Shown one piece after another: positions 47,342-52,662 of a stretch of 52,662 nt of DNA. This DNA is from a virus (Duplodnaviria > Caudoviricetes): positions 1-52,662 of the IMG/VR virus record IMGVR_UViG_3300021446_000131. One strand, given 5' to 3'. The notes beneath the pieces were generated by a model. That model was not told where the DNA came from and searched no databases. It saw only the letters and a list, made by a program, of their open reading frames with translations. The position numbers and the translations under genes are program-made. Every line of letters begins with the position of its first letter. The stretch's first letter is position 1.

Positions 47342-48046
47342 ATGGGTGACATTTGTCACGAGTGCGGAAATGAGTATCAGAAAATTGCACAACATTGGTC
47401 CGCCTCAAACTGTACATACCAACAATTTTCTGACTATCAACACGATGTTTTAACTGGTCTGCTGATGGGAGATGGATGGTTATCAACGTGCAACAAACGC
47501 CCCCGAATATCTGTGGAGTTAATAACAAAAGATTATCTTACGTACTTGGCAAACGAAGTGTTCCCCGTATGTAGCGGTGGTGTCAATCTAAAAAGAACAG
47601 CAAAAGAGGCTGCTGAAGTGAGTAGAAAAGCAGGATTTAGACCAAACGCAAAAGCAGAAAATTACTCAGACATATACAGTTGGCAAACAACGAGCCACCC
47701 AGAGTTAGAGCAGTACAGAGAGTGGTACTCAACTGGTGAAAAGTGTTTTCCAGAAGACATTGAGTTGACGCCAACAATGCTCAAGACGTGGTACGTGTGT
47801 GATGGGTTCGTACACAATGACAGGTATCCTGGGATAGCTTTGTCCAACGAGCACGGGGCGAGAGATAAAATAGACAACATGTTTCGAGAACAAGGTCTGA
47901 CAGACTACTATTGGAAAGTGTCAAAAACAGATGACAAACACGCAACTAAACCAAACGCCACAGTTCGCTTTAGAACGGCGGGTGCTGATAATTTCTTCAG
48001 ATATGTCGGTAGTCCCCCACCTGGGTTTGAGTATAAATTTCCTTAG
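47342..48046 (+). CDS. Zn-finger LAGLIDADG homing endonuclease (copy 5), antisense within the tail operon
   Basis: CHECG..HW..C; GLLMGDG; LKTWYVCDG. Confidence 0.85.
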   Translation: MGDICHECGNEYQKIAQHWSASNCTYQQFSDYQHDVLTGLLMGDGWLSTCNKRPRISVELITKDYLTYLANEVFPVCSGGVNLKRTAKEAAEVSRKAGFRPNAKAENYSDIYSWQTTSHPELEQYREWYSTGEKCFPEDIELTPTMLKTWYVCDGFVHNDRYPGIALSNEHGARDKIDNMFREQGLTDYYWKVSKTDDKHATKPNATVRFRTAGADNFFRYVGSPPPGFEYKFP

Positions 48047-49008
48047 AGTGGTTCGTTCAACGTCGGTTCGGTCTCACGATTGTCCTTGTGAAGTTCGTGA
48101 TAGAAGCGGTTGCCACGAATATACGAAGTTTTCATCGGCGGGACATACCGCTCTCCATAGGCCTCAATGTAGTCACCGTCGTGGGTAAGCCCAAGGCCGT
48201 GGCCTATCTCGTGTATCACGCGGTTGACACCCTCGTGTGCCTCTCCACTACCGAACAGTAGTGGCTTTTCATCGGGACTGTAATCCCAGCCCTCAAAATA
48301 GGCAGGCCCACTGACAACAGCAGTGCGAGTCCCGCCAAGGCCGTTGACGCCATCATCGTCAATCAGCAGACAGTTGGCGTCCTTCGAGCGTGTGCCTTCG
48401 TCAACGTCGTTCCACCAGTAATCGTCAAACTTACTCATGCTGTCGACGTCACGTGGCACGGGTTCCTCCACAACCGTGACGCCGACAGTGTACTTCTTAC
48501 CCCAGGCGTTCTCGAAAACGTAGTTGACATAGGGCGCAACTTGCTTGCAGGCTTCAAGCCCGTGGTCGTCTCCCTCACGCCAATACAGTGAAATATCAAT
48601 TTCCTGCTCGCCCTCACCCTCGTGGACGGCTTCGACACGCTTTTGTGGCGGCCAGTTCAGACTAACGTCGTCGCTTAAATTTGGGTTTGCCTCCACGTCG
48701 GTGTCAGCCTCCACGTCAGACTCCTGAGCCGTGTCACTTGCTTCGGCGTCGACGTCAACGTCCGTGTCAACGTCAGCGGACGTGTCCGTGTCAGGCGACT
48801 GTTCGGCGTCACCGCTGTGTTCTTCGTCATGGTCGTGAGACGTGTCAGACGACTGTGACTCGTCAACACTGTTGTCAGGCGCAGACGGCTGTCCCGTGTC
48901 ACTACCGCTGTCAGGGGTTCCACGGTCCTGAGATGTGTCACCGTCGCTGCCACCAAACAGTAGATTGTACAGGAACCGCCACAGCCGTTTGAGTAGCCTA
49001 AAAACCAT
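48043..49008 (-). CDS. Metzincin-type zinc metalloprotease with amphipathic N-terminus and acidic linker
   Basis: HEIGHGLGLTH (HExxHxxGxxH) and Met-turn-like PPM. Confidence 0.8.
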   Translation of the reverse strand: MVFRLLKRLWRFLYNLLFGGSDGDTSQDRGTPDSGSDTGQPSAPDNSVDESQSSDTSHDHDEEHSGDAEQSPDTDTSADVDTDVDVDAEASDTAQESDVEADTDVEANPNLSDDVSLNWPPQKRVEAVHEGEGEQEIDISLYWREGDDHGLEACKQVAPYVNYVFENAWGKKYTVGVTVVEEPVPRDVDSMSKFDDYWWNDVDEGTRSKDANCLLIDDDGVNGLGGTRTAVVSGPAYFEGWDYSPDEKPLLFGSGEAHEGVNRVIHEIGHGLGLTHDGDYIEAYGERYVPPMKTSYIRGNRFYHELHKDNRETEPTLNEPL

Positions 49009-49013
49009 GTGTG

Positions 49014-49451
49014 TTACTGACGCTCGTAGCTGACACCAATGTAGTCGACAGCGTACTCGACTGCATCGCCAGCAGACGCGGACATGTTTTCAGCAGTCGC
49101 CTTGCAGTAGTCAAGTGACTGCTCGTACACGACATTGTCGTCTTCATCGTACGTGCGGGCGACGAAGCCAAAGATGCGAGCATCGCCGTTTCTGTCACTA
49201 ATGTTATCGAGCAGTTCTTTGTCCTGCCCCATAATCGTGAACGAGCCACCGTACGTGATAGACCCGTCAATAACGCCAGCGGGCTGCGCATAGCCAATGC
49301 CGTGTCCAAGCTCGCTGTCCTGTTCTCGGTCAAGACTAAAGTCGTCAACGACGATGCGGCCCATCGAACGTGCCGTGCCACGCTCGTTCACGCCGCTGAC
49401 GACAAGCTCGACGTCGTTCGCCGAGGTTATCTCATTTTCACTGATAGCCAT
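49014..49451 (-). CDS. Tail tube protein
   Basis: 145 aa, immediately after the sheath. Confidence 0.8.
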   Translation of the reverse strand: MAISENEITSANDVELVVSGVNERGTARSMGRIVVDDFSLDREQDSELGHGIGYAQPAGVIDGSITYGGSFTIMGQDKELLDNISDRNGDARIFGFVARTYDEDDNVVYEQSLDYCKATAENMSASAGDAVEYAVDYIGVSYERQ

Positions 49452-49475
49452 CGTATTAAATTATGTAATGTTGTG

Positions 49476-50801
49476 TCACTCTGTCTCGTTCGTGATGACA
49501 TCGCCGACGGCAATGTCGACCACGATGTTGTCGACCACGTCAACCACGTCGAGGCCGACTTCGACATTGACACGGTTGTCGTTCTGGTTGTCCTGTGAGA
49601 CGTTCACAGCAAAGGCATCGAGCAGTGGCGGGCTGTTCCGCTCCATCTCAAGGAACTCGTTGCGAAGCGTGCGTCGGAACTGTGCTCTGTCGCTGGCGAT
49701 GTTCAATCCACCCGAAAAGTCGCCAGAAACGTCGTGGGTCCGTGCAACAGCCTCGTCGACTATCTGGTTACTGAAGACACGCTCGAACTTCACCATTGTG
49801 GTCGTCACCTGGTCTTTGATGACGCGAGGACTGTCGTCAAACAGCGGCATCACCTGATTGTCGATGAACGTCTGTGCGTCCGCCGTGGACAGGTTAGTCC
49901 GAAGACTGTCAAACCCTTCGAGTGGTTCTTCCTTGTTCGTAGCGGACGTGCCAAGCGGCTGTGCAGCCGTCCAGGCGCCTATTTCGGCAATCGTCCGTGC
50001 CTGGTTGCCGTCGAGTGACGTCGTGCCACGCGGCGGGGCGACGACTGACAGACGCTTTTCGTCGAGCCCGTCACTGTAGTTCGTGGCGTAGGCTCCAGCG
50101 CCGTTGCCGTCGGCACGGGGTGGGGCGCCGATAAATCCGTGACCAAAGTAAAACTCAGTGGCACCGTCAGTCAACTCCTCGGCCAGCGTACTACCGTCGC
50201 CTTCACGCTCAGTGAGAACTGACGTGACACGGGCGTTCTCGGCAGCCGCCGCCTCGACAGCCTCGGTGTAGTTGTCACCGTACGAGTAAGTGATGTCGTA
50301 GTCACGTTCGGAGTCAGCCTCGAAATCGCCAGTTCGAGGGTTGAGTGCAAGCGTCTGGGACTCGGCAGGCGTCTGCGGGGGGTCGTCATAGACGATGTCG
50401 ACTGTAATGTCGTTGCCTGCCCCGTCAGTTGCCGTCACGGTCTTGTCGCCGTGCAGGTTCGGGTCGAACAGTGGCGCGTTACTGAGTGTGCCAGACGTGC
50501 TCGAACCGAACGATTCTGTCGTCTCAGTTTCGTTCAGGCCAACGGCGTACACCTCGTCAAGCGGGTGTCGAAACGCCAGTTTAGCTGCCCGATGTAGTTC
50601 ACTGTCGTCGCCAAACAACTCGATGGCGTCAGTCGGGTTCGATACTTCCACAGCAGTGCCAGGGTCAGCACTGCCATTTGCCGTGTCCATCCCGCCGACA
50701 AGCGCGTACGTCGCGTCGAAGGCCACACCAATCGAGACAGTGGAGCCAGCACGAACGGTAATCTGGTCGGACGGAATTGCAGTTGTTCCAGCAGTTTTCA
50801 T
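49476..50801 (-). CDS. Contractile tail sheath protein
   Basis: AIELFGDDSEL N-terminal motif; 441 aa; VEVGLDVVDVVDNIVVDIAV C-terminus. Confidence 0.9.
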   Translation of the reverse strand: MKTAGTTAIPSDQITVRAGSTVSIGVAFDATYALVGGMDTANGSADPGTAVEVSNPTDAIELFGDDSELHRAAKLAFRHPLDEVYAVGLNETETTESFGSSTSGTLSNAPLFDPNLHGDKTVTATDGAGNDITVDIVYDDPPQTPAESQTLALNPRTGDFEADSERDYDITYSYGDNYTEAVEAAAAENARVTSVLTEREGDGSTLAEELTDGATEFYFGHGFIGAPPRADGNGAGAYATNYSDGLDEKRLSVVAPPRGTTSLDGNQARTIAEIGAWTAAQPLGTSATNKEEPLEGFDSLRTNLSTADAQTFIDNQVMPLFDDSPRVIKDQVTTTMVKFERVFSNQIVDEAVARTHDVSGDFSGGLNIASDRAQFRRTLRNEFLEMERNSPPLLDAFAVNVSQDNQNDNRVNVEVGLDVVDVVDNIVVDIAVGDVITNETE

Positions 50802-50995
50802 AGGTTACACATTTGTTATCGTGTCAGATGTCTGATGCGAGACTTGCAACTTTGTTGCGTCTGGCTGGTTTGTCTCACAAACCAGCAAGTCAAATGCGTG
50901 TCACAGTCAGCGGCGTTACACAGCACGAAAGGCCGTTGACGCGCCTCAAGCATCTGACGCGCCTCACGTATTTGAAACGGTAATGTCACTGGCCC

Positions 50996-51646
50996 TTATG
51001 AGGTGGTTGTCTGGTCGACGTACTTTGCAGAACCGTACGTGCCTTCACCATAGCCGCCAAGACCGTAGCCAATTGCCAGGTCGGTATCCGTGTACACCGC
51101 CGTGCCGAACGAGTCGATGGTGTCGCCCGTCAGTTCGTAGTCACGGTGGTAGTTGATTTCGACAGTCAGACTCTCGACACGAATAGTCTCTTTTTCGTCG
51201 CCCTGGTCCTGTTCGGTAGTTTCCAGAACGGTGATGTCGTCAATATTCTCGTGAACGTCACGCTCCTCGAACGGGCCAAAGGCGTACTGACCAAACTGTC
51301 GGTGAATCGGCTCGTACAATGCGCTGAGTTGCACCTCGTTTTCGGCGCCAATAATCACCGAGACTGACAGCGTTCTGTACTCGCGGAAGATGTAGTAATC
51401 GACCGTGCCATCGGTGACGCTGGCACCGACCTGTCCCGTGCCGACGCCATTGACCTGCCGTTCGGCGTCAGATGTTGTGTACACGACAGACGGCAGGTCT
51501 TCGAGCATCGACGGGTTGGCAAGCGTCACGTCGTTGTCTGCGACGGTGAACTGCTGGTCGCCACCCGCGTACTCAGCAGTGAACGTGCCAGTGGCCGCCG
51601 CAGAAAGTTCGTCGTAGAACGCTGTTGTAACAGACGCTCGTGACAT
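50996..51646 (-). CDS. Tail terminator/completion protein
   Basis: Position before the sheath; LPSVVY; C-terminal YG-rich tail. Confidence 0.65.
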   Translation of the reverse strand: MSRASVTTAFYDELSAAATGTFTAEYAGGDQQFTVADNDVTLANPSMLEDLPSVVYTTSDAERQVNGVGTGQVGASVTDGTVDYYIFREYRTLSVSVIIGAENEVQLSALYEPIHRQFGQYAFGPFEERDVHENIDDITVLETTEQDQGDEKETIRVESLTVEINYHRDYELTGDTIDSFGTAVYTDTDLAIGYGLGGYGEGTYGSAKYVDQTTTS

Positions 51647-51662
51647 TTTGATACGTTATGTG

Positions 51663-52169
51663 TTAGTTAAACGCGTTTCGAAGTGTCTCGCGTGACTCTT
51701 TCACAAGCCTGTCCATTGCAGCACGCTTTGCCTGTTGCCAAAACGGCTGTGGTTTTGTCCCACGTTCCTTTATTTCCTGACGAATAAACTCGGCGACGGC
51801 GTTTGCAACGTACGGATTTGCTGGCACGCGAAACGTTGGTTTGACGCGCATCCACTGTCGAATCGTCTGGCGTGATGGACTGCCAGCTTTGTAGGGGCCG
51901 TACTCGCCCGTGCCTTTGTCGACAAACGCCGCATACGAAGCACGGTTGTACAACTGGTAGGCGGCTGCCGCGTTCGATGGAATGGGGCCTGAACCCATCT
52001 GTCGGAACAGTTTCGTGGAGGCGACAGTGTCTTGGGAGATAATACGTTCTCTGCCACGTTGCACGCCACGCTGAGCGGCTCGACGGGCGTTCGGTTTGGC
52101 GTCACGTTCGAGCGTGCGCTTGGCAGACCGTATGTCACGCTTAAACTCACTGAAGCCGTCGAGTGGCAT
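51663..52169 (-). CDS. HK97 gp10-like neck protein
   Basis: Basic; ASYAAFVDKGT...GTKPQPFWQQA. Confidence 0.8.
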   Translation of the reverse strand: MPLDGFSEFKRDIRSAKRTLERDAKPNARRAAQRGVQRGRERIISQDTVASTKLFRQMGSGPIPSNAAAAYQLYNRASYAAFVDKGTGEYGPYKAGSPSRQTIRQWMRVKPTFRVPANPYVANAVAEFIRQEIKERGTKPQPFWQQAKRAAMDRLVKESRETLRNAFN

Positions 52170-52174
52170 GACAG

Positions 52175-52543
52175 TCAGTCGTTTGTCATCTTTTCCAGAC
52201 CAAAGCGAGTCACTACCGTGTCAGCGTCAGACGGTTGTCCCGTCACCTCAATCACCTCGTAGTCCTCGGCGCCATGTGTGTAGACGTCACCGACTTGCAC
52301 GTCAGCAGACGGCTGACAGAGGCCGTTCAAATCGCCTGTCATTCGCTCACCAAAGTCGACACTGTCCTGCACTTCGATGGGGTCGAAGAGAAGTGCATCG
52401 ACGGCGAGTGTCGTCGTGTCAGGCCGTGTTTCACCGCGCCCCACGTCGGTGACGCCATCCTGGCGTGTCACATCGTAGGTCCGTGAGCGGAGACGTACAA
52501 TCTGCTGAATGGCGTCACGGCCAGGCTGTCGTGACAGTCGCAT
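52175..52543 (-). CDS. Head closure (SPP1 gp16-like) protein
   Basis: ADVQVGDV....DYEVIEV; position in the neck module. Confidence 0.7.
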   Translation of the reverse strand: MRLSRQPGRDAIQQIVRLRSRTYDVTRQDGVTDVGRGETRPDTTTLAVDALLFDPIEVQDSVDFGERMTGDLNGLCQPSADVQVGDVYTHGAEDYEVIEVTGQPSDADTVVTRFGLEKMTND

Positions 52544-52662
52544 TATGGCAGGCGTGTGTTAGTGTCGGCCATGCCTGTGTGAGTGACCGTACGTGTATGA
52601 CTCACCAATGTTGTCGATTCGCCACGCGTAATCGGCCACATGTGAATCAATCATACATGAAT

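Noticed and set aside
52559-52662. Possible 3' end of a minus-strand gene (...IDNIGESYTYGHSHRHGRH*)
   Set aside because: Too short to support a call

Overview
Most of a haloarchaeal tailed virus genome with a contractile tail (myovirus-like), judged from the acidic proteome, archaeal-type PolB and Hjc, and leaderless TATA promoters. Left to right: a partial minus-strand terminase-small-subunit-like gene running off the left edge; about 10 kb of minus-strand accessory genes (TFB-like, HDxxGH protein, HhH glycosylase-like, membrane proteins); a plus-strand replication arm (dual-specificity phosphatase, half-size PCNA-like protein, AAA+ helicase-like ATPase, HTH regulator, tRNA-Thr, PolB, PD-(D/E)XK nuclease, Hjc); then a minus-strand exonuclease and the tail/baseplate/neck module. 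Five Zn-finger LAGLIDADG and two HTH-HNH freestanding endonuclease genes are interspersed. The most unusual content is non-coding. There are four ungapped 91-bp hairpin elements with a covarying stem, a 92-bp palindromic direct repeat bracketing one gene like a cassette, and a roughly 49-bp two-hairpin module. More than 25 copies of a 12-bp TGA-N6-TCA box occur, often starting at a stop codon. There is also a strand-polarised 17-bp motif, a roughly 130-bp inverted repeat flanking the left gene block, and two candidate structured RNAs. All calls come from reading motifs by eye; no database search was run.
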